A stretch of DNA of 52,444 nt, counting the filler, from Sphacelaria rigidula (Eukaryota): the NCBI GenBank assembly GCA_964200075.2. It is 2 parts of 2 records of this genome, joined end to end, with 100 filler letters (N's around TTAATTAATTAA, not from the genome) between each part and the next. Parts side by side here need not be neighbours in the genome. Positions count along the whole stretch, not along the records: positions 1 to 26,205 come from CAXNAA020000147.1; 1 more part is not named here. One strand, given 5' to 3'. Under the pieces are notes generated by a model that saw nothing but the letters and a program-made list of their open reading frames with translations, did no database searches and was not told the DNA's origin. The stretch's first letter is position 1. The number at the start of each line of letters is the position of its first letter. The translations under genes were made by a program, and so were the position numbers. This document shows positions 1-12,200 of the stretch, piece after piece.

Positions 1-410
1 TTGCTAAATAAACAGCCCCCCCCCTCCTCCCCCCCCCCCCCCCCCCCCCACAAGCACACCCGTGTCCCCCCCCCCCCCCCCCCCCCCGTCATACCTTCAA
101 CCCCCCCCTTTGTCGGGACGAGTCCTTAATCCCGGGGTATCAAGCCATCTACCCCCCCGGCGCATTCGTGACATTCCGATATCGCAGAGTGAATCAGCAC
201 TACTTGTACTACTCCCGAACCGCGTCGACCCTGGGTAAGTTTTACTTCTTGCTCACCCCCCGCGTTTTCAACGACAAAAAGCAGATCCTGTAGGGGAGGG
301 GGGAAACGTTATCGTTGGCATCCAAACCCGCATCTTGCCGCTCTAACTACCTGCTGTCCGTTGGACGTATGCGTCCGTGTGTCTATTTTGTTTGTTTCAC
401 AAACGCGCAG

Positions 411-3356
411 GCGACGGTGCATGCTGGATCAGCCTACCTGACCGCCCAAGAGCCAGAGGACTCCATACTGCCTACTCGATCATACGACCTCAGCATCACA
501 TACGATAAGCACCACCAAACACCTAGAATGTGGCTCTTCGGATACGACGAGGCAAGCACAAACACTTATGCTCACCACCATAGTTTTGCGCGTACTACAT
601 ACACAATCACCCCCCCGCCCTCCCCGTCTCGAAAGGGATGCGTGGTCAGTGGTCAAGCGACTAAGGCAAGCAACAAATGAGTACCCCCGCGGACGCATCT
701 GCCTAATCCTCAAATTCGGATATAATGAGGCAAGCATGCACTGGTGCTGTATCTGAATTCGCGCACACGTTCTTTTGGGCGACAAATGCCTTCTCGTTTT
801 TTTTCTGTATGATAAACGTCGATTATCTTGCGCCACCGAAGAAGCGCACGTGCATGCAGATGACGACGAGAGCTCCTCCACCACTCCGATGTTGATGTCA
901 ATAGCACCGCATAGGCATATCTTGTAACGTGAGGAATCCGAGGACGGTAGGCTGGATGCATTTTTTTTTCAATCTGCGGTGTTGCTTCTACCGTGGCACT
1001 TGGGGGCTGTTTTCCATTGTTGGTTGCTATTGGCCTCGGAAACTATTGTGGTGACTGTGGTGAGTATGCTTTACTCGCATTATTGTTGCTATTTGTACTG
1101 GTGTTTACAGCATTCAGGCGTGCAAGTCGCCGGGCTGCTTTTCGGCTACAGCAGGACACACCTGTGGTCACTTCGAGCGTACGCAAAAAACATGTCGTTG
1201 TGATATTCGCGTGTGATTTGTGACGCCACAGTCGGGACAGCCATTGGCTCCGGAGGAGGTGTTTGAAGACGTGATGCAGGACTACGCCAGACAAACGGTC
1301 ACGATGGAGCCACACCCACACCTTGCATCGCACCATGCCTCTGTTCACCCTTGCAAGGTAAGTCTTCGACTATCTCCTTGACGCTCATGCCGGGGCTTAC
1401 GAGGTTGGGCGGCATTCGGCTTTTCGAGAGATTCCGTACTGTACGTGCATCTATTCAGTTCTTGCTTTCTGTGTTAGAGTAGCTGGCTGAACGTTGCTTA
1501 CAGAAGCAACGCCGTACGCCATGCTCTAATTCGCGCCACACCGATGGTGCTTGCAGGGCAACGTGTACTGTATTGTGCTAGCTGTTAATATACCGATTGA
1601 CTGCTGAGCTAAACAGCCAGCGCTGGCTGTTTAGCTCAGCAGTCAATCGGTATGTTAACAAAAGCTAAGTTCGAATGAAACGGGAAAATACTGAGAATTT
1701 GACTTCGATATTAAGCGAGGATGCGGGTCGACGTCTACCGGTTGAACTGAACAGCGTTGGTTACAGGGATAGCTACCCTGGGGTGAGAGTACTCGGGGTC
1801 ATGCGACGGACCCACCGAACTTAGCTTTTGTGAAGATACCGATTGACTGCAGAGCTAAGCGGAAGCCAGTCCCCTCCTGACGTTGTGTTCCAAACGAGTA
1901 CAATATTCCCAATGCACAAAGCTTGTTGAATACTTCCTCCGTCTCAGAGGTCGAAGTACGTTGCGCTATACAGGTGCTGCGTCACATGCCATCACATTTA
2001 TTTCCTTCATGTGGTAGGAAGCAACGTATTTTCCAACCTGAACCCCGGCATTTGACGTAAAACTCCGCAGTCCACCGGACGTACGCATGGCCAAGTGAAG
2101 GAACATGTGCCGCTACGATGTCATTTTCGGCCGTTTTTCCAGTTTCAAGTGTTGAACGGGAGAGAAGATAACGGCCAAGATGGAAGAAATTTAGTGAAAC
2201 ATTGTCGTAGAGTATACATCAGAACTCGACTTACAGTAGACCATACTAGCGCCAATGTTGTAGGTCGTTCTAGCGCCCTAGAGCTCAGGCCTCACTCGGC
2301 CGGCCTCCGTAGGTAGTGGGTCTTGATGGCACTTTCGCTTCAGCCCGCCCAACTTGATGGCGTAGCCGAAAGGTCGAACGCGCGATGCGTTTTTACATCC
2401 TCTCATTTGGGCGCCTGATGTGAGAGCGCCATTGAGTCCCACCCCTTTGCTTGTCGTATTTTTTACTAAATATTGCAGACCTTGGCTTTCATATGGATCA
2501 TAATGGGGATTACTTTGACAGTCCTAACAGCAGTCCGAAGTTGGTCGTGAACGATGATGTATATTTCAAACCTTGCCCAAGGAGGTGCGGATGTAGATAC
2601 ATTTTGGAGCCGGAACTTTTTTGCGATAATATTTGAAGGCTAACAACATTATTAGCATATGTGATGTACATATATATATGTAGTCAGCATTTATTTCGAT
2701 CGATCCCACCAACAACCTGTGAATCGCCGACGAACTTGAAACATGAGTGAACAAAAACAGCGTACTAGACCTTATAAAACATTCAGTATTGGGTGTGGCG
2801 TACGAACATCCGACACCAGATGAAGCTTTCGTTAGTGCCTGTGTTTGGAATGTGCTTTTTCTACACACCTGCTGTGCGTATCGATATGTCGAAACGTGTG
2901 ATCAAATGCCTCGTGCCATATTACAGCGCGTGAGTTCTTCGTATTTTCCAGCCGAAGGGCATGGGCGTGCCAACCCCACCACATGTACTAGTGCACAAAC
3001 GGAGCTGGTTGTTCCATTATTTTTTTCCAGCTTTGTTGCTCCCCATTGGTGAAACCCCACCCCTGGACGGAAACGCCGAAAACGTCCATGGAAATAAACC
3101 CACCCGTCATAGTGTGTGTGTATTCGTTCTTGCGTTTGTTCAGCACGCGGACACGATGAAGACTATGCTGGCCAACCTCACGCGAGGAGGCAAAGAGGCA
3201 CGGGTGGACCAGTACCTCTTCATATTCCTCAAGTTTATTCAGTCAGTCGTGCCGACCATCGACTACGACTACACCATGTCCGTCGACGCTGGCGGGGGCG
3301 ATGCCAACACAGCCGACGCGTTCGTTGAAATCGAACCGGACGCCGACAGCTGTTAG
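411..3356 (+). CDS. ATG3: Autophagy E2-like enzyme ATG3, last three coding exons (5' part lies outside the window)
   Basis: Exons 411-551 (ATVHAGS...[27 protein letters not shown] donor), 1232-1357 ([30 protein letters not shown]...ASVHPCK) and 3144-3356 (HADTMK...[24 protein letters not shown]...stop). All junctions are phase 0. The catalytic HPC and FLKF motifs of ATG3 are present. Confidence 0.95.
1623..1869. mobile_element. MITE with ~50-bp terminal inverted repeats in an ATG3 intron
   Basis: Left end ctggctgtttagctcagcagtcaatcggtatgttaacaaaagctaagttcg; right end cgaacttagcttttgtgaagataccgattgactgcagagctaagcggaagccag (1816-1869), a near reverse complement. Confidence 0.75.
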
Positions 3357-6209
3357 GACATACCTGCAATCTACTGCATTGTACAGTAAGTAGGATGTTT
3401 TGAGATTGGGTCCGACCGCATCCCTCGAGGATTCGAATGTCTTCGTGTGTCACTTGACTTGCAATCTTGGACATGTGCTCATTTTTGATACCATGGCTAG
3501 GCCCTCATGTGGTTTTTATACAGTAACGCTAGGTCTAGTGAGCGTGGTAGCGCCAGGGTGTGTGTCGTGTCTCCTGTGTCAGTATTCGCGACTCTTGGTG
3601 TAACATTGCTGGCATAGTTCCCCCCCCAATCCATCATGACTGTCTCGTATCCTGAGCGATGTTTTAATTGTGTTGTACAGTGGCAATTGAGTCGCCATTG
3701 CAGACGGTATTGTGTCTTGGATCGATAGCGGGCGATGGAGGGAGGATTGTGGGTGTGATCTATTTTTCAGTTTAGCACGTTAGTTGTGGATGTAACCATC
3801 GTCACCATCGTCACCATCGCAGGCCGGGGAGAGAAGAACTGCGACAAAATCGTATGCATGTGGTGCTCGGGGTCATAGTGGATGCCCAGAGAAATGTTCT
3901 TGTAAATAAATGAGATGTTGTCAAAGCTTTTGTTGTCTCTTCCTGAGGGTGTTTTTTTTCAGAGGGTAGAGAGTCACCTGCTGCCGCTAGTCGCCGAAAA
4001 GGACATTGAGTTACGTAACAGCCAGTTTTTTAACGCTGCGATTGCCGACCTTGTTCAGCCATCACGTCGGAACACATGACGTAGACAACCGCCGCGCAGG
4101 TGTCGTCTTGTGTCGTATACTGTGTGAATGGGAACCATTTGTACTGGGAATTGCTCAAGTCGACCAATCCTTCAGCATCACTACAGTCAGCTGCATCGCG
4201 ACTCATAACGATTGATGTAAGAAATGCACATGTACCATGGGGCGACTTGTGGATGCTGTAGTCGTAAAACACAAACGCATACGTACTATGCACAGCTGCG
4301 CAGGCGTTTGTGACCATAATAATGGATCAGGCACCCATTGGTCGAATGCCCTTCGTTGCCAGTGTGCTTGACGGATTCATCGCCTCAGATGCGTGCACCC
4401 AAAAGCTGATTTTGCCAAGATGCCTTCGTTACCAAACCTATCAGTGCTTGTGCCGCTATACTAGACAGACAGCCGGTTCCAACCTGATCTCATGCAACCC
4501 ATCCAAAGGTGGAAGGCCTGGCGCACCGTACCAAAGGGTACTTGGGGTACCGGTACCCTAGGGTACCTAGAGTATGGGCCATTCAAACACGGGGTACTCG
4601 CGAGCACCCGAGGTATCGACTTGGAAGAAATACCGACGATTTCAGGGTACCTACAGTAGGAATCGGCTTGAAGAAATACTAATACATATCCCAGGGTCCG
4701 CACCTTATCGTCCCCGCCTGGACCCCGTCCGAAACACAGCACCCAGCAAACGCAGCATTGGTCGATTAAAGCTCAGAATGCCCAGACGCATGCACCTGTC
4801 CTGTACCCGGTCCAACATAAAATGGAACAAAATCTTATCCTACGGTATAGTAGTAGTAGCATTCGCCATGTGACCTTGTTGTGCCTGGTTTTACGTTACA
4901 CAGAGCTGAACTAAGATCACCCAACAGCTTCCGTTGTCCTCGATGCCATCACCAGAAGCGAACCACGCGGCGAAGGTGCAGCACATCTCGAGGTCGGTCC
5001 CGACCTCGAGATGTGCTGCTCTATATACAAGTGCAAAATAGTACCTGACAAGCTGAGACAGTCGTTCCCACCCGCATGTACGTCAAAACTGCTTCCTAAA
5101 CGTTGATTCGATTTTGTGTACCAAAAACTCACGATGGATAAATAAACGGCCAAAGTGCGCACAAGTGGCACATACGCCGATACCACAGCCAGCAAGGTCT
5201 TGGGGGACGCTGGCTTTCACAAGGAGGAAGGTCACGTCCATATCGTGCCCAACAAGACGAGGCTTGTATTTCCACCGCGCCTTCACATGCAGTCAGCAGT
5301 CAAAAATGTCACCTCAAAGTACTTAAAACTAAACGTTTGTTCGATTCCGTACGCCAAAACACACGACTGACACAGCAAGCATGTAAATTTGCCTTAAAAA
5401 AATGCTCCGAGCGCGCATAAGCATACGACATCAACGCCAAAATCACAAAGCAGCGACGGACATGCCTTCGTCTTGTTACCCCATACTCAAACATTCGACA
5501 AACACCACACAGATTAAAAAAAAAATGAAGCTTCCTCCAGGCTACAGATTGGCACGCACTCTTCTTTTTGGTCAATTAGAAAACTGCGCGCCGCTGTGCC
5601 TCATTGTCTGTAGAAGCTACTGTTGTTATCATACAAGTGCAAGGCACGCAACAAAAGCTCCAGTCACGCACGCTACCTGTGGGAGGGGCTCTGTCTCCCC
5701 GTCACGCACACACGCATTTAAACTGCGCATTAGTTCTTGCCACAAAACTGTCGAGTATTCGCCTACGGAGTGGAACCTAGACACTCCGCTTCAACGCCTA
5801 CTACGTTTCACGGTTCGGATGTGTCATGGCCGGTTCAAATCACTAAATCCACGATTTTTCAGGCCTGATCGCTCAAGAGAAAAAAAAAGTCGGCCAATGG
5901 TCAAAAAGGTTCCCGTGCAATTTTTGCACCCTTCCGTATGCCTGGGCTGGGCGTACCTGGGTTGCAACGCTGTAAACAAAGCTCAAGGATTGATTCGTAC
6001 GGTACGAATCAGTCACACTAAAATCAAGTAATTTACAGACGAATCATTAATTCGTTCAACTCTTTGCTACGTTTCACACGGGGGTTCAGCTGCTGCTCTA
6101 ACTAGTCCGTCCAACTTGGTTCACAGCTGGTCACTCTCGCCTACGGTAAGTTCCTCTTGGAGTATTCAATTGCTACAAATTTCTTCGCCATCATCGCATT
6201 GAAGGAAGG

Positions 6210-9200
6210 TCATGATTCTTGCGCTGCGGTGTCATCTCCCTTGTCAGGGTTGCCGTCCTGCTTCTCGGCGATGTCGTAGGCCCTCCCCACGGTAGCCTTG
6301 AGTGTTTCTTCCGTCACCTGAACACGAGATAGTTTTGCCCCGCGTCCAATGGTACACGTATCGAGAGCACGAGGGGTGATCAGGGCATAGTACCCGACGT
6401 ACCCCCACGGTACCCTGCCTTTTCAGGATATTCGTAGTACCCAGTACCTGGGACTGCCTGGCAAGGATATCAACGGCCGAAAGTATGGAGTATCCCCGAG
6501 TACCTGTGATGCTGAGCTGTGCGGGTTCCCCGCCTTACTCGGAACACGATCCAAAAACATCAACACGTGGCTCTTGCGGTTCAGCAAAAATAGGGGTAGC
6601 ACCACTTATGCATGATACTGCATGACTCCAGAAAATCCCACCACCAAAGTCCGTTGTTCGAAGACGTGCCGAACGACTACTATTTGCACCACCAGAAACC
6701 AAAACATCGATATTTTCTATGCATCAGTACTCAGTCCGCTCTTCAGCAAACACCTCGAGTTGTTTACGGTGAGGAGGCACCCGCTCGCCATTTTTTGTGT
6801 AAGGAAGGCACACATGAACATCCATCTCCCAAGCGACAACCATGTCTACTGTACGCACACGGTGAATCATGACAAGAAAGACTCACCAAATTCGTTCATC
6901 AATGCGAGCAAAGCACCGGCAGATCTATCAACATTGTTGTAGTGTGCATTAGCTCCTCGGCCAGGTGTGTTGGAAGCCTAACCCCTCAATACTTCTTTGA
7001 AATGCTGTGACATTCTACTGTGCTTTTTCTTCAACTACAAGAGTTCGGTTGGCGCTACAGTTTGAAGCAGAATTGAAGCGAGGGATGGAGATGGAAGCGT
7101 ACTTACCCCTTTGTATCCATGACCCCCGTGGTATCCTCCATACACCTTGGCGGTGATTTCCACCTTTGCATCCTTAGGGACAAGCTCGGGAGGAATCTCC
7201 ACACGTTCCACGATCTTAATACCCTGATAATACAAAAGGCAAAGCGGCCCATTACGCACGGCACAGTGCACCGACCAGTCGTGGTCAAACATAAAGCTGA
7301 CAAGACCGATTGATATGAATCAAGATTTGTTAGATGGAGATGATTGACGACCAGGCCAGATAAGCACAATTGGAAATCAGGACATACAGAAGGACAGCCA
7401 TGGATGTCCATGAGGTGAACTTATGAACCCCAGCTGTGCGGTGCATTCAAAGGCATCAGGATATGCACATAGGATCCGAAGGTGGGCAGGCACAGCCACT
7501 GACCTCAGCACATCACATCACGTTGCTCGCGAGCATTCTACGTACCTCCCCATAACGTGTCAAGATGACAAACGCTTAAAGATGTCCACCGCGCAAGCAG
7601 ACCACAAACAAATCGCACAACAGCTGAAACAATGCGCATGCGATACAAACGATGCGGAACGTTTGCAAACATTCCACCGTGAACAATGTCCTGTAGCAGG
7701 GCGTGATTCACAGCCGTAATTTGCCGCAGAAGGTCAGAATCTCCTTCCATTTCGCAAGCAGTGCTGAGCATACACCCAAGCTAGTCGTTAGGGATAAACC
7801 ACACAGCCATACTCAACGATCCGTGAAAATGTGAACGCAAAAACAACCGTGCTGCCCAGGAACGTGAGGTAACAACTTCTCACAAAGGAAATGGCCCCGG
7901 CACCGCACCAGCACAACAAAGAAACAAAGTAGCGACGTGGAAATTCTGTTCCGGACGTTCCTGACGTTCCGCATCCTAGGTTCACCAACACGACGCCCAT
8001 GAGGGGTTTCCTCCAGGTAGGAAGCATTTGCTAGCTCACCTGGTCCATCCCAGAGACCACTCGCCACCCCAATCAATCTATGTGTGCTACACACTACTAC
8101 GGTATATCCACGAGCTCAGACTCGACAATCAGAGTACAGTACAACCGCGGCATTCGCTGTACTGTAGTAGACAGTCTTCCGCGGGAGCACACCGTTCTCA
8201 ACAGCGACCACCGACACCAATATCAACACCGACAGAAACGATGGCGGCAGCGGCCACAATGACAGAAAAATCAAGTGGACAAACCGAAGAGCAAGGCGGG
8301 GTAGTAGCACAACAACCTCACCGTGGATACGATAGCGTCGTACTTCATATCGCTCATGGAAATGAAGCGATGGATCTTCGTCACTCCCAGCCAATGCAAT
8401 GGATCGGGCATCATCGCTTGGAATCGTGTATCTTGAATTCCCGCCACCTATCATCCACATTGACATTTTTTTGTCAAATCGTGTGGAAAAGAAAAGAGAA
8501 GAGGGATATCAGCTACGAACCCATAATTTGCGAAATACTGATGTTTGTCGGGGTATCTCACTTGGAAACATGATATTATGGAAAACCAGCTGGTGGGACT
8601 TCCAATTCGTACGAGCTGGGCCAGCTGACAGTGACTTTTGACCGAAGAGTGGAGATGACATTGGTAATTCGAAGAGTTAGGCGCTGAAATTTTGACGCGG
8701 CATTTTTATTATTGACCCGCGCAACGCTGTTGGGGGTGCAGAGGAAAAGAAAGAAAAACAGGAAGATAGCGAGTTGAATTTTCAGGAGAAACTGGAAAAA
8801 TTCTATAGCTTTCTTAAAAATTGATAAAAACGACGACAACGCTCCAACATATACGGGCACTCGCGTCAACGACATTCTGGTAAAGTTTCGGCCAAAATAC
8901 CTCACATTGGGCACGGCATCGCACTTTTTGTGTGACACGGCCGCGCCCCTTCATTTCAAGTGATACAGGAGACTCTAATTATGGAGGTCACGAGTTCGAA
9001 TCCCGACAGATTCTCTTTTTTTTTCCTCCGCCGTTAAGGTTATATATTATGCAGTACATTTTTTTTTCGTTTTTTTTCTTCGTTCAGCGGCGGTGCCATG
9101 GGTTACCAGGTTGGTCTGCACTTCTCAGCGATATGCTCAAGTCGCGCTGATTTGGAAAACTTGAGAAGTTGTGGTGTGGAAAGCGAACGCGGGATTTACT

Positions 9201-12200
9201 GCTGGCCCAGCTCGTACCAAAAAAGCCAGCACTCTTGCAAAACTATTTCACGAAAACGTGTCAGGCTCACGTCGTCGTCCGAGTAATCAACGACCTAGGG
9301 GAAGCAGAAACCCCACAACGCACATATTTTATCTCTAGGCGCCGCAAACCCAACAGAGAAGCAGGCGAGGCCGCAAAAAAGTACGTACAGGTACAACAGT
9401 GCTGTGGGAAAAAATCCAGTTGATAAATCTTTGTCCCGCCCCATGTGCGAGATGCAACCAGCGCATCTCCTTTCCCTTCTATGTTCCTTCTCCTGCTGGT
9501 GAAGTTACCCACCCTATGGGCGAGCCAAAAAACGGGACCTCACACATATCGGGCAGTACCCGCCGATGCAGGCGTAGGCACCCACCCCAACACCAAAACC
9601 GCATGAGCTCATGAATACGTGCACCGTCAAGCACGGTACATTTGACTACGCACTGTGTTTGTACTATTTTAGGCCGTCGCATGTACCGTGTGCTGTGTGC
9701 GGTGACCGCAGACTGCAGTACACGCAGGAGAGACCTACCTGTTCTGTGCAGTTAAAGTAGTGCTCGGCAGTGTCGCCCCCCTCCTGTCTCTTGCGCATGT
9801 TGTACACCAGGTATTTGGTCACTTCGCCCAACGAACGACCCTGAGAATACGATGATCAACAATCCACCGAAACATGAGAAGCTGATCGACGTGAAACTTG
9901 ACCGTCAGGTCGGGCGTGGTTGACGTTATCATGAGAGATTAGTGATTTGCCTGTTTCACACCAGAAAAGGGTCACCACAGCACTCTAGGGTACCGTATCG
10001 CTGAGCATTACTTAGCGACGAAGATGATTTCATGGAGATGCGGCTGTTAGCAATGGGCAAATATATTGCAAAGCAGCACCAGCGGTACTTTTACTTTCAT
10101 AACTTCAATGTGGCATGCCAAGAAAAGGTGTACTCGAGCGTGTAAAGCTGTGAGGGTACACTAGCATCCTGGTGGCCAGTACCTTCTGCAGACGCACATC
10201 AACGAAACAGACGCACACGCTGTACGGCGTCAACAAGGCGCATACGAATAATGTACACTAAACTAACTCCTTGTGCTGATAGACATACATCCAAAGGGTA
10301 CATTAACCTGTTTTCGGCAAGAAAACGTACACCAAAAATATGCACTGATAATACGTGGTGCTAAACAAGACAGTCGCTTACTAACCTCTTTCCGGTAGTA
10401 AATGCACAACCCCGTGCCTCCCTGCTGCGCTGTCCGAATGCACTCCTCTATGGCGTGGGTCAGATAGGGCCGGCAGGTGCAGATATCGCTAAAATTTATG
10501 AAAGAATCGGACACAGGATAAAACGACGAATTGGCTTGAATCGATTTGATGGACTCACTGTCGCACCACTTTAACTGATCCACTCCGAATTCAGCCGTGA
10601 TCACAAGATGTAGACGTACCGTACCCAAAGTGAATCAGGCGGAAATACTCGCTGAAGTAATCTCGATAAATGGATGGGAAATGACGGTGAAAAAAAATAT
10701 ATATGGGGAAGAGGAAGAGTAAGACAAACGCCGGGCTAAGTAAGATCCACTACCGCTTCCGAGAAAAATTCCGATAGGCCCTGGCCAGAGCTTCAGGTAA
10801 GGAGGTAATACAAAGTGCAACGAATGAGAAAAGTAAACCTACACCCACCAACCACAGATGTCCCAACGAATTGATACGGATATTCGGATGAAACACATAT
10901 ATACACGAGGCTCTCTTTGTGGGGTAGTAGTTGTTTAATGGCGCAAATCCTGTAGCACGCGGACAACACGTCATCATGCTATCACGACCCCGCGGCGGTC
11001 TCCATCCCACAAATAACATCCTATACCTTGGCTTGTGAAGAGGTTGGCAACACCTTTGTCAACGTTTGCTGCGTCTTCATCTTATACCGGGAGATATTCC
11101 ACACCCTGGACAACAGATTCCATTGTCAAAAAATGTACTGCGTACAGTATGGAATCTAACGTCTATTGCAATAGGCGCATTAGTCGATACTGTACGCCGT
11201 ACACTTTTTAAAAATAGAATCTGTTGTCCAGGGTAGGATAGATTCCACGAGGTATGCTATACAAAGATACAGCTACGATGTAACTGCTCGACACCTCAAC
11301 CGTCATTACATGAGGAACTTCAGCTGCACTGCAGTCTAGTTTTGGTGTCACATTCGTCATGGTACGCACACACACACCTGCCGAACACGTCCGATCCGTT
11401 ACACTCGTCGTGCACCCTAACAGTCAGCGGGACATCCTCGTCCGGTATCAAGGCAGGGTCGCCGAAGATGTATATTGTTAGTCCTCCGATAGGGGGTAGG
11501 AACACCTGCAACACAGTTTAGATCATGACTGCAGAGCTAAGCATAGACACGAGTACGCACTGGAAGTGGAGGCTGCTTGGGGAGAAAACGGAGCATTCAG
11601 TCGGTAGCCATTTCTCACACTTTTGTCAAAAGTTGGGGCACGAAAACTTAACGCACGTATTCCCGAAAGAAAGGCTGAAGTGGTGCGTGGTTGGTACTTT
11701 CGAACTCCCGCTCTGGTTAATCGATCGGCTCCTCGGGGTCGCCGATGGCCAAAATGTGTGCAAGTTTGATTTTACTTCAATACAATCACCTCATGCACGA
11801 TTTCGATCGTCACTGCCAAAAACAGTAAGTACACAAACATGCAAGTCTTACCATCGTGCGACCAACACAAAGTAATGTACGATGTCGAGGCTTTTAAGGT
11901 CGTCAATCCTTCCAGGGGAATGACCGCTGAGCCCTTTCGACCTCAGAGATCTTGGAATTCTTACTGCAGGAGCATTAGCCTACTACAATCAAGTCATCAT
12001 CCATCGCATTGGCATACATGGGATCCAGAATGACCACTACTTCGCGGTCAAAAGAGACGACATTAAATTACGCCTAAGCCATCGCAGGCTACGAAGGAGG
12101 GGGGCTTGAGCCCTCGTTTGTTCGAACATTCTCGCACTTCACCCTCACCCTGTAGAGGGAGGGGGAGTGACTAAGTTGTTGCACGAACGACGGAGCTACT

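Noticed and set aside
5402..6031. 209-aa ORF and the many other 60-270-aa ORFs in the track
   Set aside because: No recognisable motifs. They are intronic, antisense to real exons, or read-through extensions of true exons.
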